This document shows positions 45,758 to 56,083 of a stretch of 64,000 nucleotides of DNA, in pieces (within the stretch, counting starts at the first letter, position 1; every line of letters begins with the position of its first letter). The notes below the pieces were generated by a model. The model saw nothing but the letters and a program-made list of their open reading frames with translations. It did not search any database and was not told the DNA's origin. Origin of the DNA: Candidatus Micrarchaeota archaeon. Lineage in GTDB: Archaea > Micrarchaeota > Micrarchaeia > Anstonellales > Bilamarchaeaceae. The position numbers and the translations under genes were made by a program. The DNA lies in NCBI GenBank assembly GCA_038046765.1, contig JBBSVN010000005.1, forward strand, positions 12,037 to 76,036, given 5' to 3'.

Positions 45758-46798
45758 TTAATAAATAATTTTGCTAAGCATGTCCTTCTCTTTCGCAAGT
45801 TTTAATTCCATTGCCATTCTTTTACCCATACTCATTGGTTCATTATAATAATAAGTTGAATATGGTGAACCATCAACATAAACATTTGTTCCAGCTACTA
45901 TTCTAGCTGATACTTCAAATGCATAAATGTCCAAGTCCTCGGTAATCATTGTTTCAATACAATACGGGCCATATAATCCGTTAAATAAATCAAAGGAAGA
46001 ATCGCTTATTCTTTTTCCCATTTCCATATAATCGCTAAGAAGGGATTCTCTTAAAACTAATGGCTCGTTTCCAATTACTGTAAATGCCATGTCGCTTTTT
46101 ACTCCTGCGCTTACTGCACGAGCGATTTCATCAGCACTACTTTCAACTCGTCTATCTACACCTAAAATTTCTATCCTCCCGTTTTTTGTTTTATATCCGT
46201 AATTAGAAAATGGTGAAAAGAAATAATGCGGGTAAGCGCGTACTCCAACTAAAAATTCTTGGATCATACATTCTTTATCTCCTACGCGTTTTTCAAATTC
46301 TTTGTAAGAATTTACTATGATGTATCCGCGTCCGCCTTTAGCTCCAGGGAATTTTACAAAAGCAGGTCCGTCTATTTCCTCCGGCTTATATACTTTTGGA
46401 GTTTTTAGTTTTGCTTTTTTTAGCCATTCGAACATTTTGTCCCGTGAACTTTCCCACTCGATACTTTTCCGGTTTCCGTAAATCGGAACTTTTATATCTG
46501 AAAATTTTCCCTGTGTGTATTCAATCAGGCTTCCATGTGGTATTAATATTGCTTCATTTGCAACTAGTTCGTCTTCGGGGATATTTGCGTAATCATCACA
46601 AACTATAAATTCGTCCGGTCGTCCTAGGGGAAATGATTCGTAAAGCTCTTTCTTATCTTTTTTTACAATTCCAATTGTCTTTATTCCTAAGGCTCGCGCC
46701 CCTTTAAATATCTGAAGTGAAGAATGAGAACAAATTGTCGCTATTTTAAAATTCTTATACTCAGAAAGTATTTTATCAATTTCTCTTTTTGTTACCAT
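45758..46798 (-). CDS. purP: PurP (FAICAR synthetase, ATP-grasp)
   Basis: IATICSHSSLQIFKGARALGIKTIGI and the overall ATP-grasp layout are typical of archaeal PurP. Confidence 0.8.
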   Translation of the reverse strand: MVTKREIDKILSEYKNFKIATICSHSSLQIFKGARALGIKTIGIVKKDKKELYESFPLGRPDEFIVCDDYANIPEDELVANEAILIPHGSLIEYTQGKFSDIKVPIYGNRKSIEWESSRDKMFEWLKKAKLKTPKVYKPEEIDGPAFVKFPGAKGGRGYIIVNSYKEFEKRVGDKECMIQEFLVGVRAYPHYFFSPFSNYGYKTKNGRIEILGVDRRVESSADEIARAVSAGVKSDMAFTVIGNEPLVLRESLLSDYMEMGKRISDSSFDLFNGLYGPYCIETMITEDLDIYAFEVSARIVAGTNVYVDGSPYSTYYYNEPMSMGKRMAMELKLAKEKDMLSKIIY

Positions 46799-46915
46799 AT
46801 ATTATATCATCTTTATCTGTTTAAAAAGGTTGTTATTGTAAATATTTTATCTCTATTCTATTAGTTTTTGCTAAATTTTACTCTTTTAAACAAAAGTGAT
46901 AAGTATTTAAAATAT

Positions 46916-47827
46916 ATGGAGGTAAATAACTTTATGACTAGAAACCGAACCCTATGTAATACTCCAGTTCATGCTACTTCTAGGTCTTATGTTAATTTAA
47001 GGTCTAGCGACAAAATTGAGCTATTACGAAAAGGTCTTGGAAAAAAATTACTTGTTGACGTTAATCTTGCTAATTTAGTTCGTGATTTATCAGCTACGCC
47101 AGAAGGAAAACGAGAACTTCTAAAGGCGTATTACGATCATGTTTCTGGTAATTTAGATCAAGTTTTTGGTGTTGAAACTGCACATTACGTTGCACTTTAT
47201 CAAGCCATATCTGGTTCTAGATATTTTTTCGAAGGAAATATCCGAATTTTAGATCCTAGTTGTGGTACTGGCGAGCTCGCATCTATTTTACTAGGTAAAG
47301 TTTGGCGTGATGTAAATGATTCATCTATTAATGGTCCTTTTATTACACCAGCTAATCCGCCCGAATTAGTTTTATCTGATCTTTCAGGAAGAATGGTCGT
47401 CAGAACAAAACAAAAAATTAGGGGGTTACTTAATCGCAGAAAGGAAATGCGAAGACGAATACATATGGAACAAAAAGATCTTTATACTTATAATCCTCAA
47501 GAAGATGGTAAGTTTGATATTGTTATGATGTCTCAATCCTTACCTTTCTTAACTGACCAGGAACATGCACTTAAGATTGTTTTTGATATTTTAAAACAAG
47601 GAGGGAGATTTTTTTTAATCGAAGAAGATCATTTTGTTATTAGTTCAGGTACTTCTATTAGTCCATATAAATTTATTTATGACATTATTAGTCCACCCTC
47701 TAATCGAAACCCTCCAGATGTTATTCGTCATATGGCCGAACAAGTCGGTTTTATTTCCCGCAATCGCGTGACTGCGCAAATAGATTCGGATCATAGTTTT
47801 TGTGCGCATTCTTTTTTAAGACCTTAA
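46916..47827 (+). CDS. class I SAM-dependent methyltransferase-like protein
   Basis: Motif I is ILDPSCGTGELA and the post-I/II region has FDIVMMSQSL and GGRFFLIE. I place the start at ATG 46916; the track start is TTG 46868. Confidence 0.55.
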   Translation: MEVNNFMTRNRTLCNTPVHATSRSYVNLRSSDKIELLRKGLGKKLLVDVNLANLVRDLSATPEGKRELLKAYYDHVSGNLDQVFGVETAHYVALYQAISGSRYFFEGNIRILDPSCGTGELASILLGKVWRDVNDSSINGPFITPANPPELVLSDLSGRMVVRTKQKIRGLLNRRKEMRRRIHMEQKDLYTYNPQEDGKFDIVMMSQSLPFLTDQEHALKIVFDILKQGGRFFLIEEDHFVISSGTSISPYKFIYDIISPPSNRNPPDVIRHMAEQVGFISRNRVTAQIDSDHSFCAHSFLRP

Positions 47828-47828
47828 T

Positions 47829-48317
47829 TTAACCTAGCGGGTTGTAGTCATAAGGTTGCTTATATGTAAATAATATTATTGAAGTGTTTGTCCTGATTAT
47901 ATCTGAATTTTCAATTATTTTTCTTTGAACCTGACTCATCTCATCTCTGTCCTTGACTCTAAATAATGCCGCAACGTCATAATTTCCAGTTATTGCGTAT
48001 AATGCCTGTATTTGTGGTATTTTTGTTATGCTTTCAAGTTGTTTTAAATCTCCGGTTCTTCCTTTTTTTACCTTCATGAGTACAAGTGCATGAGTATCCC
48101 AACCCAATTTTCTAAAATCAATATCTATTGAATATTTTTTTATTACTTTTTGTTCCTCCAGTTTCTTGATTCTTTGTATTAATGTGTTCGGGTGAGACCC
48201 CACTTTCTGAGCTAGTTTTCTTATTGATTGTTTGCTATCTTGCCTAAGTTCTCTTAATATTGCTAAATCTATCGCATCTGCAACAAACTCTATATTACTT
48301 TTTGTCATGTTAATCAC
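47829..48317 (-). CDS. Lrp/AsnC family transcriptional regulator
   Basis: DAIDLAILRELRQDSKQSIRKLAQKVGSHPNTLIQRIKKLEEQKVIKKY followed by a RAM domain. Confidence 0.85.
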   Translation of the reverse strand: MINMTKSNIEFVADAIDLAILRELRQDSKQSIRKLAQKVGSHPNTLIQRIKKLEEQKVIKKYSIDIDFRKLGWDTHALVLMKVKKGRTGDLKQLESITKIPQIQALYAITGNYDVAALFRVKDRDEMSQVQRKIIENSDIIRTNTSIILFTYKQPYDYNPLG

Positions 48318-48445
48318 TCTTATATAAATAGTCCTAATAATATGTTTTTGTATGTTCTTTTTTTAAATACATTGTTATTTTTTCACAGTATTTTATACAA
48401 AATATATAAATATTCCACTTTTCTAAAGCGTTTTAGGTGTAAACT

Positions 48446-48865
48446 ATGAGGAGTGTAACTATCTTAGCGCCGGACCGAGAGGGTCTTCTAGCAGATATAT
48501 CTTATGTTCTTGGTAAATCAAACATTAATATCGAATCATTGAATGTTGATGTTCTTGGGAACAGAGCAATTATCTCTATACTGGTTAAGGATCAGAAAAG
48601 GGCAACTACTGTTCTGCAACAAAATGGTTTTGAAACTGCAGAAAATTCACCTTTAGTAATTAAGGTTCCAAACAATCCGGAAGCACTGCCTCAAATTGTT
48701 GCGCGTTTAGATCAGCAAAAAGTACATGTTGAAGAGCTGCTTATGCTTGGCAATGATTCATCTATAGGTATATTTGCAATAAATGTAGATAAACCAAGAA
48801 AAGCCGTAAAAATCCTTAACGATGTTTTAATTAATCCTAATATTGCGACATTACAATTTCAATAA
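48446..48865 (+). CDS. ACT-domain protein
   Basis: ILAPDREGLLADISYVLGKSNINIESLNV is an ACT fold signature. It is divergent from the Lrp gene. Confidence 0.55.
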   Translation: MRSVTILAPDREGLLADISYVLGKSNINIESLNVDVLGNRAIISILVKDQKRATTVLQQNGFETAENSPLVIKVPNNPEALPQIVARLDQQKVHVEELLMLGNDSSIGIFAINVDKPRKAVKILNDVLINPNIATLQFQ

Positions 48866-48875
48866 ACTGATTTTG

Positions 48876-49979
48876 CTAAGTTGTAATTTTATCTAGCTGC
48901 TTACTTTTTATTCCCTGTTTTATTTCCATCGCAATTCTTCTGCCATAGCTTAAACTGTCTCCGAAAAGGTAGCCAGAATATGGCGTATAAGCAGTTCCGG
49001 GTGATCCAGGAATTCTAAATGAGATATCAAAACAGAAAAACTCTTCCTTACCGCCACTGTTTGTTATCGCTCCTTGCAATGCAAATGGTCCGATAATTCC
49101 TGGAGAAAATTCTTTCTTACAAATATCCACTAATTTTTGTGCACTTTCGAATATATTCTCAAGTAAACTTTCTCTAAGCGTGCATGCGATATGTCCAACT
49201 TCTATGTTATTTACTGATAAATTCTTAATCGAAAGTTGTTCTCGAGCTGGCAATCTTAATACTCCATCTAAATTCGTCTGCCTTCTTGTGTCTATTCCAA
49301 GTAATTCTAATTCTTTTTCTATTGGTGAATAAAAGAAATTAAAATTAAATTGCGCACCGACTACAAATTCCTCAATTGTAGCTATCTTCAAATCTTCTCT
49401 TTTTATTTTTCCTTCTTTTATGAGTACCTCACTTTTCTCCACATACTCATCATAACTGCCCGCAAGGAAAAATGCTCTTTCATAGCTGCGTGCTGCTTCT
49501 TTTGCCTTTACAATAACTAACCTGTCGATTTTTTGAGGTGAACTTATTTTTTCGGGTTGTTTTATCCCACCTTTAGTCATAAGATAATGTTGGTTCTTAC
49601 TTTCCTCCCGCTCTTCAGCCCGAAGCAGATTCCGATTCCCAAAAACAGGTATATCAAATTTCTTTTCGATATTTTCATATCCCAAATAAACTGCAAAACT
49701 TCTGTTTGGTACAAATATCGCATTCTCATCCTGGAGTATTTTGATATTTTTAGGTTCAACTATATCTACGAATTTTGAAACTAGCATATTCTTGTCTACA
49801 CAGCCGATTTCAGTTTCTCCTCGTGGTCTGGTTTTATAGTGCTGTGTATATGTTTTATCTCTGCCTTTTTGTGCAACGACTATTGTCCTAAAGCCCTCTT
49901 TTTTAGCTCCCTGACAAACGTCAAGAGCAGAATGTGAGCCTATTGTTGCTATAGTATAATCCTTCATAAAATCATCCAT
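48876..49979 (-). CDS. purP: PurP paralog (ATP-grasp, PurP family)
   Basis: IATIGSHSALDVCQGAKKEGFRTIVV plus colinear similarity to the 45758-46798 product. Confidence 0.75.
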   Translation of the reverse strand: MDDFMKDYTIATIGSHSALDVCQGAKKEGFRTIVVAQKGRDKTYTQHYKTRPRGETEIGCVDKNMLVSKFVDIVEPKNIKILQDENAIFVPNRSFAVYLGYENIEKKFDIPVFGNRNLLRAEEREESKNQHYLMTKGGIKQPEKISSPQKIDRLVIVKAKEAARSYERAFFLAGSYDEYVEKSEVLIKEGKIKREDLKIATIEEFVVGAQFNFNFFYSPIEKELELLGIDTRRQTNLDGVLRLPAREQLSIKNLSVNNIEVGHIACTLRESLLENIFESAQKLVDICKKEFSPGIIGPFALQGAITNSGGKEEFFCFDISFRIPGSPGTAYTPYSGYLFGDSLSYGRRIAMEIKQGIKSKQLDKITT

Positions 49980-49994
49980 GTTCTATTCATATCA

Positions 49995-50762
49995 TTACTT
50001 TGCTTTTATTAGTTTAAGTATGTTTTCCCTACCCTTCTTTATCCTTTTTATTAAACCAAGAACTTCCATTTCAGATATAATTAAACTCATTTTCGTTTCT
50101 GAAAAGTTTAAGATTTGACGTAGTTCTCTTTGAAGAATTCTGCCTTCGTTATCCTGCATTATTTTTACTATTCTACTAATTTCCTCATCTGGTTTTTCTT
50201 TTATTATACCTTGCTCTTCAATATTCTCATCATTGTCATTTTTATTTTCGAGAGTTTTGTTGTTACTCGTTTCAATTGCCTGCGTTTTTCCTAATTTTTT
50301 TACTAATATATAAATTGCGATTGCTAATCCAATTAATCCTATAATTAAGAATCTATAATCTTCCAAATTTCCCTTAATTATTTCATTTTCATTAGGTAAG
50401 TCCTGATAATTATCCAATATATCATCTATTTGGTCGGGAGCTAAAAGGACAATGTCAAAATTCGTTTCATTTCCCATTACATTTATGGGATCTTTTGAAT
50501 ACAATAAGAGTTTTCCGGATTCGAAATAAGATGCACTTATATTATAGTTCCCTTCACTTAATTGTACTAAGTAATTTTGGTTCGCGATAAATTGGGTTGT
50601 CCCAACTCCTTCTATCTTTATGATTGTATTATTTATAAGTTCAAAATTCTCTCCATTGATTATGTCTCCATAAATAGTGGTGGCATTTAGTAAAGTAAGA
50701 AATAACAGAAAAGAAGCCAAGATCACAATGTTCTTATTCGTGGATTTTGTTTTTATCTTCAT
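49995..50762 (-). CDS. membrane-anchored protein with a C-terminal winged-helix domain
   Basis: An N-terminal signal/TM segment, an extracytoplasmic beta-rich region, a TM segment (FLIIGLIGLAIAIYILV) and a cytoplasmic wHTH (LRQILNFSETKMSLIISEMEVLGLIKRIKKGRENI). Confidence 0.5.
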   Translation of the reverse strand: MKIKTKSTNKNIVILASFLLFLTLLNATTIYGDIINGENFELINNTIIKIEGVGTTQFIANQNYLVQLSEGNYNISASYFESGKLLLYSKDPINVMGNETNFDIVLLAPDQIDDILDNYQDLPNENEIIKGNLEDYRFLIIGLIGLAIAIYILVKKLGKTQAIETSNNKTLENKNDNDENIEEQGIIKEKPDEEISRIVKIMQDNEGRILQRELRQILNFSETKMSLIISEMEVLGLIKRIKKGRENILKLIKAK

Positions 50763-50828
50763 TATAAATACCTTCTTAAATTGTCTTTGAAAGTATGTAT
50801 TTAAATACTATAATCAAAGAACTTTACT

Positions 50829-51302
50829 ATGACTAATACAATCTTAAAATCATTTTTGTTATTTTTGTTCTTATCAATAATAACTTCTAGTTATGCTTTT
50901 AGTGTGCCTGTAACTAAATCCACTCTTCTAAAAAACTATTATGATCAATTTGAGTGTAACCTTGATTTCTACATTTCGGTTTCAGAAGGGACGGCAGCGT
51001 ATGATTCCAAAGCAGCTCCCATATTATCCAAACTAAATACTGAAAAATCTAACCTTAAGTCCTTTGCTCTAAAGAACGATGCTAAACGATTTAAGAGCTC
51101 ATTAATCTCCTTTAGGGATCAGGTAAAATCTGTTGCTAAAAATTATAATCTCGTTCAAAAATCTCTAAGCATCAAACAACCAATTAAACGAAAGGAAATG
51201 GCTGCTTTATTGAATAAATTAATCAATGCTAAAAAGTCTTGTCTAGCGCAACAAAAATTAAAAAGTTCCACGCAAAATTCTATTTACACTCCGTTCGATT
51301 AA
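50829..51302 (+). CDS. hypothetical secreted protein
   Basis: Track ORF with a signal-like N-terminus. Confidence 0.35.
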   Translation: MTNTILKSFLLFLFLSIITSSYAFSVPVTKSTLLKNYYDQFECNLDFYISVSEGTAAYDSKAAPILSKLNTEKSNLKSFALKNDAKRFKSSLISFRDQVKSVAKNYNLVQKSLSIKQPIKRKEMAALLNKLINAKKSCLAQQKLKSSTQNSIYTPFD

Positions 51303-51343
51303 TTGTTCGATTTGTTTAGTGAACTAAATATAAAACCAAAAAT

Positions 51344-52618
51344 CTAGTTCTTCCTGATTTCAATTATTTTTTTATCTAAGTTTTTAAAATTCTTTATTCT
51401 GTCTAGTTGCGGGAGAAATAACCTTAATGCAATTTCTATGTTTCTTATTTTTCTTTTTACTTCTGCCTTTATTCTCCCTGCTTCTATAAACATCCTTGAC
51501 TTAGCATGTGCTTTTTTAAAATCCCGAAGATGCTCTTTCCTCTTTATTTCTGGTCCGATCATTATTCTAAATTTGCTCAATTCTTTTTCTTTTAATCTTA
51601 AAATTATCCTTATCTTATTTTCGTTGACATCTATTAAACTTTGGAGAGTTTTAAATCCATTTTGTCTAAGATAATTATTTAATAATTTTTCGCTTCTTTT
51701 TATTTGACCCCACAATATGTCCTCGTTTAAATCTGGTTTTAAGATTTCTAATTCGTATATGTGCTCATATTTGGCCTTCATCTTAGCAAGCTTTTGCTCA
51801 AAAGTCTGGGGGTCATCAAAAAACCTTTTTGTTGGATTTTTCAGGAATTTTTTTGTAAGTTTTTTAAATATTTTAAAGTTATTTAATGAAAATGCAGCAG
51901 CTACATTTCTATTCCTGTCTGTGGGGTCTATGAAAATTAATGGAGCGTTAAATTTTTTTCTAATCCTATCGATTTCTGTTTTTTTATCTATCTTTTCTAG
52001 CTGTAATAATGTTCCCTCCTCCCAGTTCTGCGCATTTTTCAATGTATTTAGAAACGTTTTATACTTTAGTATCAATAGTTCGCATAAGTAGCCTGAGATT
52101 CCTTCGTATCTAATTTGTGCACCGTATAATTCATTGCTTTTTAAGAATTTTTTTAGTAGTAATACCTCCTCTACCATATCTTTTTTTAGGTTTTTTATAA
52201 TATACTTTGTATGTAATACACTTCTATCTACTGCGCTTGCCATTTCCGTTGCATTTTTTATTCTATAAGCTGGAACTACATCTATTTTTTTACCCTTATA
52301 ATATAGTTTTATGTAAGGATGTTCTGCATAAGATATCTCGTATCTTTCATTGGGAAATGCCTCTTCTACGCAATTTCTAACTACTATTTCAAATTCATTT
52401 TTATTCTTCTTCCTATCAAAAAGTAGAAATATGTCTATATCCGTACTTTGCCGAAGGTATGTTCCTTTTGCGATACTTCCTACAAGTACTGCAATAAACT
52501 CTTTGGATGTGGCCTGAAGCTTTTTTATACACTTCGCTGCAAGCTTCTTCTCATATCTATCTTCTTCTTTTGTTGGTTTTATACCTTCTAGCACATTCTT
52601 TAGAAAATCATCTTTCAT
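51344..52618 (-). CDS. cca: archaeal class I CCA-adding tRNA nucleotidyltransferase
   Basis: VLVGSIAKGTYLRQSTDIDIFLLF (GS...DxD) and AVDRSVLHTKY. None of the tRNA genes here encodes CCA, which fits. Confidence 0.8.
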   Translation of the reverse strand: MKDDFLKNVLEGIKPTKEEDRYEKKLAAKCIKKLQATSKEFIAVLVGSIAKGTYLRQSTDIDIFLLFDRKKNKNEFEIVVRNCVEEAFPNERYEISYAEHPYIKLYYKGKKIDVVPAYRIKNATEMASAVDRSVLHTKYIIKNLKKDMVEEVLLLKKFLKSNELYGAQIRYEGISGYLCELLILKYKTFLNTLKNAQNWEEGTLLQLEKIDKKTEIDRIRKKFNAPLIFIDPTDRNRNVAAAFSLNNFKIFKKLTKKFLKNPTKRFFDDPQTFEQKLAKMKAKYEHIYELEILKPDLNEDILWGQIKRSEKLLNNYLRQNGFKTLQSLIDVNENKIRIILRLKEKELSKFRIMIGPEIKRKEHLRDFKKAHAKSRMFIEAGRIKAEVKRKIRNIEIALRLFLPQLDRIKNFKNLDKKIIEIRKN

Positions 52619-52655
52619 ACATAAATTTTAAAATGAAAACTATTTAATCAATGCT

Positions 52656-54917
52656 ATGGCAAGAAATTTAATTTTTATTATGTTAATCTCATTAGTTCTT
52701 TTATCTGGTTGCACTTCAAAGAGCCTGGAGTCAGGAACTCAAAAAGAATTACTCATACGTCAAAATACGTTTGATCTTGATGAAGATCAACTTATTGACT
52801 ATTCGGTCTTTACTTTTTCTACTATAAATTATCCATCGGTTAAATCCTCTTCAACTCGTCAGTTGTTTGTAACTACTCAGTATGCTCCTGAGTCTATTTT
52901 GCTAAACTCAGTTAACTTGAGTACTGCAGTACAATTACAATCTTACTTTAATTCATATATCTCCCAGAGAACATCTGTAGAATCTTCTTGTAACGCTAAA
53001 CTTGGCTTAAATGTTGCAGGTTGTTCAAGTTCTAAATCTTGTGCAGACATTTGCTCTTCATCATCAGTACAATGCAAATCTTTAGTTAATTCTTACGGCG
53101 ATTTTATCGGGGACTCCCTTCTACTGTACCAAAGTGATTTTAACGATTTAAAATCAACTGAAGCCCAAGTTTCATCGTTAATTAATAAGTTGCCATCTAT
53201 TTCAACAGAACAACAAACAGATCTGTTAAACAAATTATTCTACCTAAAAAATAAGATTATTCAGATTAAAACCAATCCGCTTGTTACTTTAAATTCTGTT
53301 AAAAGTTGTGACATGGAAAATTTGTCTGAACAAAACCTTCTTTTAGTGACTTCTTCATTAGCTAATTACACTCTTTCACCGTCTTCTTATAGATATAATA
53401 CTCTTTTATTAATTGCATTTAATCAGGCAACAACAGACTCAAACCTAAAGTCAGCCCAAGCTTCATTTACAGATATAATCCCTTCAACATTATCTGCAAG
53501 TATGAGTTCAATTCTAGTTTCCCCAAGTACGACTTTTACTGCTGGTACCCATGCAGGAAGTAGTATTTCGTCTCATGCAATTAAGCCATTACCCCCTAAC
53601 ACCGTGTCATCTTATAGTTTTATTTCAACAGCCGCGCCCGTTGACGCGCTTACCCAAATTCAGTCCCCCAATATAATATTTACAATTTCCGACCTTGGAT
53701 TCGCATCTTCTATTGGCGTTGTTTATTCACTATTCTTTTCAATAACCTCTAATTTCTATGTATCATTCTCTTTGGCGCTTACGATATGCTTAATTATACT
53801 GTGGGTTTTGTTTCAACTTATATACCTAGTTTATAACCTGATTACTGCTTCGCAATCTAATCAACCCTTTGGGTCTGCCCTTAGATCTACTTTTGGCAGG
53901 ATTAAGATTAATTGGAAAGCTGACCTATTTGTTGCGATTGGTGCATTTATATTTGGGCTGCTGGTAAGTTTTGTCTCCACACCTGCAAACGCTTCCTTGG
54001 ATTTTTTATCTATTATTGATTTAGCGTTTTCGGATTTTAAAATTCTTGTTTCCTTAGCTTTGTTTTCTCTTGGGTTTATGTTTGTATATTTTGCATTTGA
54101 AAATAAAGTCAAAGTATTTCTCATGGAAAAATATTATGGAAGAGCTATATACGAAGAAAAAAATCTCAATATATCGCGAGCAACAGAGTTAAAATCAAGC
54201 TCGCGTGAACTTAAGTCTCTTTTGGATGTTATGACTAAAGAAAACTTTGATGTTGGAAATGAGTACGAAATATTAACTCCTATTCCAGAAGACCGTATTA
54301 ATACTTTATCTGCAAAAGCAGATTCATATTCAAGAAAAGTTATTGATGAAGAATTATTTAAAGTAGAAGATACTTTGCGTAAACTTCAGGAAAGGCGTAA
54401 ACTTGCAATCGAAAGGTGGCCTTTATGGGAAAAATCCATGTCTGAATTATTTAGTGAAAACGTTGAAGTTTCATCTTCTTCACTTACCTTTATCCCAAGT
54501 CCCCTTCGTGACTGGGCACTTAAAAAATATCTTAGTGCACACTCTAATGAAAACGTTTCCTTGTCTGGTGAAACTTTAAAAAGAAAAACTATTACTGCAG
54601 AAAAAACTGCCGAAACATTCGTTAACAAAGGTTTAGTTCATGGTTGTGTTATAATTCGGGATAACAAAATTTCATTTTCCTCCCTAACTGAAGGCAGCTC
54701 AACAATGTTTGGTGTACTATCTTTTAAGCTTATCGAGGATCTTAAATCTCTTCCAAAGTATCTTTCATTCGGAGTAGTACATTCTTCGGTTTCTGTTGGT
54801 GAAAAATACGTGTTTGCATTAATTAGGCAAAAGACAATTGACAGCGTACTTATTCTTGAAAAGCCTAAATTCAAGGAAGCTATTGAAGAATGGAAAACGA
54901 AGATGAAAGGCTTCTAG
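52656..54917 (+). CDS. hypothetical large lipoprotein/membrane protein (Ser-rich ectodomain, central TM cluster, C-terminal cytoplasmic domain)
   Basis: The lipobox-like LLSGCTS, about 4 central TM segments, and no family that I recognise. Confidence 0.4.
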   Translation: MARNLIFIMLISLVLLSGCTSKSLESGTQKELLIRQNTFDLDEDQLIDYSVFTFSTINYPSVKSSSTRQLFVTTQYAPESILLNSVNLSTAVQLQSYFNSYISQRTSVESSCNAKLGLNVAGCSSSKSCADICSSSSVQCKSLVNSYGDFIGDSLLLYQSDFNDLKSTEAQVSSLINKLPSISTEQQTDLLNKLFYLKNKIIQIKTNPLVTLNSVKSCDMENLSEQNLLLVTSSLANYTLSPSSYRYNTLLLIAFNQATTDSNLKSAQASFTDIIPSTLSASMSSILVSPSTTFTAGTHAGSSISSHAIKPLPPNTVSSYSFISTAAPVDALTQIQSPNIIFTISDLGFASSIGVVYSLFFSITSNFYVSFSLALTICLIILWVLFQLIYLVYNLITASQSNQPFGSALRSTFGRIKINWKADLFVAIGAFIFGLLVSFVSTPANASLDFLSIIDLAFSDFKILVSLALFSLGFMFVYFAFENKVKVFLMEKYYGRAIYEEKNLNISRATELKSSSRELKSLLDVMTKENFDVGNEYEILTPIPEDRINTLSAKADSYSRKVIDEELFKVEDTLRKLQERRKLAIERWPLWEKSMSELFSENVEVSSSSLTFIPSPLRDWALKKYLSAHSNENVSLSGETLKRKTITAEKTAETFVNKGLVHGCVIIRDNKISFSSLTEGSSTMFGVLSFKLIEDLKSLPKYLSFGVVHSSVSVGEKYVFALIRQKTIDSVLILEKPKFKEAIEEWKTKMKGF

Positions 54918-55018
54918 TTTTGTAGCTTCTTCCCAGTGTTTTCCTTGGGACACTTATTTAAATATATTTCTTTACCTTAATATGTTATAAAAAATAAAAT
55001 CATTTGAGGTGAAAATAC

Positions 55019-55322
55019 ATGGGAAGAAGCGAAAACGTAGCTTGTAAAAATGTAAACGGGTGTTTAGAAATCCAGTAAAGGAACTGTTAATCTAACAAAT
55101 AAAAATGAAAATCGAAAGTCTAGTTTTAATAAAAAAGTCGAACTTAAAAAGTCAGTTTCTCTAGACGGGGAAAAGTTAAACCAATTATTTAAAGCATATT
55201 ATTCTAAGCCATACTCTTTGCGGCAGCTTGCAACCATGTTTGGAGTTAGTCGTATGACTGTTTGGCGAGCTGTGCAAAACTTTGTGCCATCTACTATTGG
55301 GGCTAACCCCTCTTTTTTATAG
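55019..55322 (+). CDS. small HTH protein encoded in two frames (19-codon ATG ORF, then an 81-codon HTH segment in the +1 frame); paralog of 33279-33495
   Basis: TTGAGGTGAAA lies 5 nt upstream of ATG 55019, which opens MGRSENVACKNVNGCLEIQ followed by TAA (55076-55078). The +1 frame from 55077 reads KGTVNLTNKNENRKSSFNKKVELKKSVSLDGEKLNQLFKAYYSKPYSLRQLATMFGVSRMTVWRAVQNF..., with no usable start of its own. Confidence 0.4.
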
Positions 55323-55335
55323 AGGTGAATTAAAC

Positions 55336-55782
55336 ATGCGTGTTGCATTTGCAGAGTCTAGACAATCTGATCGTTCGCTACCTACAAATAAAATTTCTTT
55401 AGGTGATTTAGTTAAGCGTTTTAAAGATGATCCAAGGTTAATGCAAAGTTTAGCATTTCAAAGAGTTCATGCTGACCTAGATTCTACTTTATGGGATCCA
55501 GATAAATTATATCTCGCTTCATTAAGACACGTTCCAACTGACGATGTATCTGAAAAAGTTCGTTTAGGTGCTTTTGTAGTTAGTTTGTGTCGCCTTAGTT
55601 TAAGACCAGATGTTGCTCCTGTTCTTTACCAAGGCCATAGTGATTCGTCTCGGTTTGTCCTAAGTTCTGGGTTTAAAGAGAATGCTTTAGCTCATTTTGT
55701 GTATTTTGTTCCTGTACGTGAGCCAATGAGTGAAGAACTTAGTGCGTATTTTCATGAGCGTGAAATGAGGATGCGAACCTAA
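55336..55782 (+). CDS. hypothetical protein
   Basis: ATG 55336 is preceded by AGAGGTGA. The track ORF starts further upstream at a non-ATG codon. I recognise no family. Confidence 0.45.
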   Translation: MRVAFAESRQSDRSLPTNKISLGDLVKRFKDDPRLMQSLAFQRVHADLDSTLWDPDKLYLASLRHVPTDDVSEKVRLGAFVVSLCRLSLRPDVAPVLYQGHSDSSRFVLSSGFKENALAHFVYFVPVREPMSEELSAYFHEREMRMRT

Positions 55783-55854
55783 CTCCTTTAATTTTAATTC
55801 CATTTATATTTTTTCCTATTCTAATTATACTTATCATAATAAATCAAAACATTA

Positions 55855-56070
55855 GTGATATCTATGAAAACAAAAATATTTTTCTTATTTGCAATTTTGA
55901 TTTTATCCGCTAGTTTAATCTATGCTAATGAAAAAGCAGGAGAAGCTGGCACAGAAAAGACTGTAGAAAAAGTAGATGTTTGGGAAAAAGTAGGGTTAAT
56001 GCTTATAGGAGTTGTTGTTTCGGCAATACTTATCCTGCTTTTTGTGTTTTTAACTAAGGGGAAATATTAG
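55855..56070 (+). CDS. hypothetical small secreted protein with a C-terminal TM anchor
   Basis: Track ORF with a signal-like N-terminus and a C-terminal hydrophobic segment followed by a basic tail. Confidence 0.3.
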   Translation: MISMKTKIFFLFAILILSASLIYANEKAGEAGTEKTVEKVDVWEKVGLMLIGVVVSAILILLFVFLTKGKY

Positions 56071-56083
56071 CTTTTTTATAATT

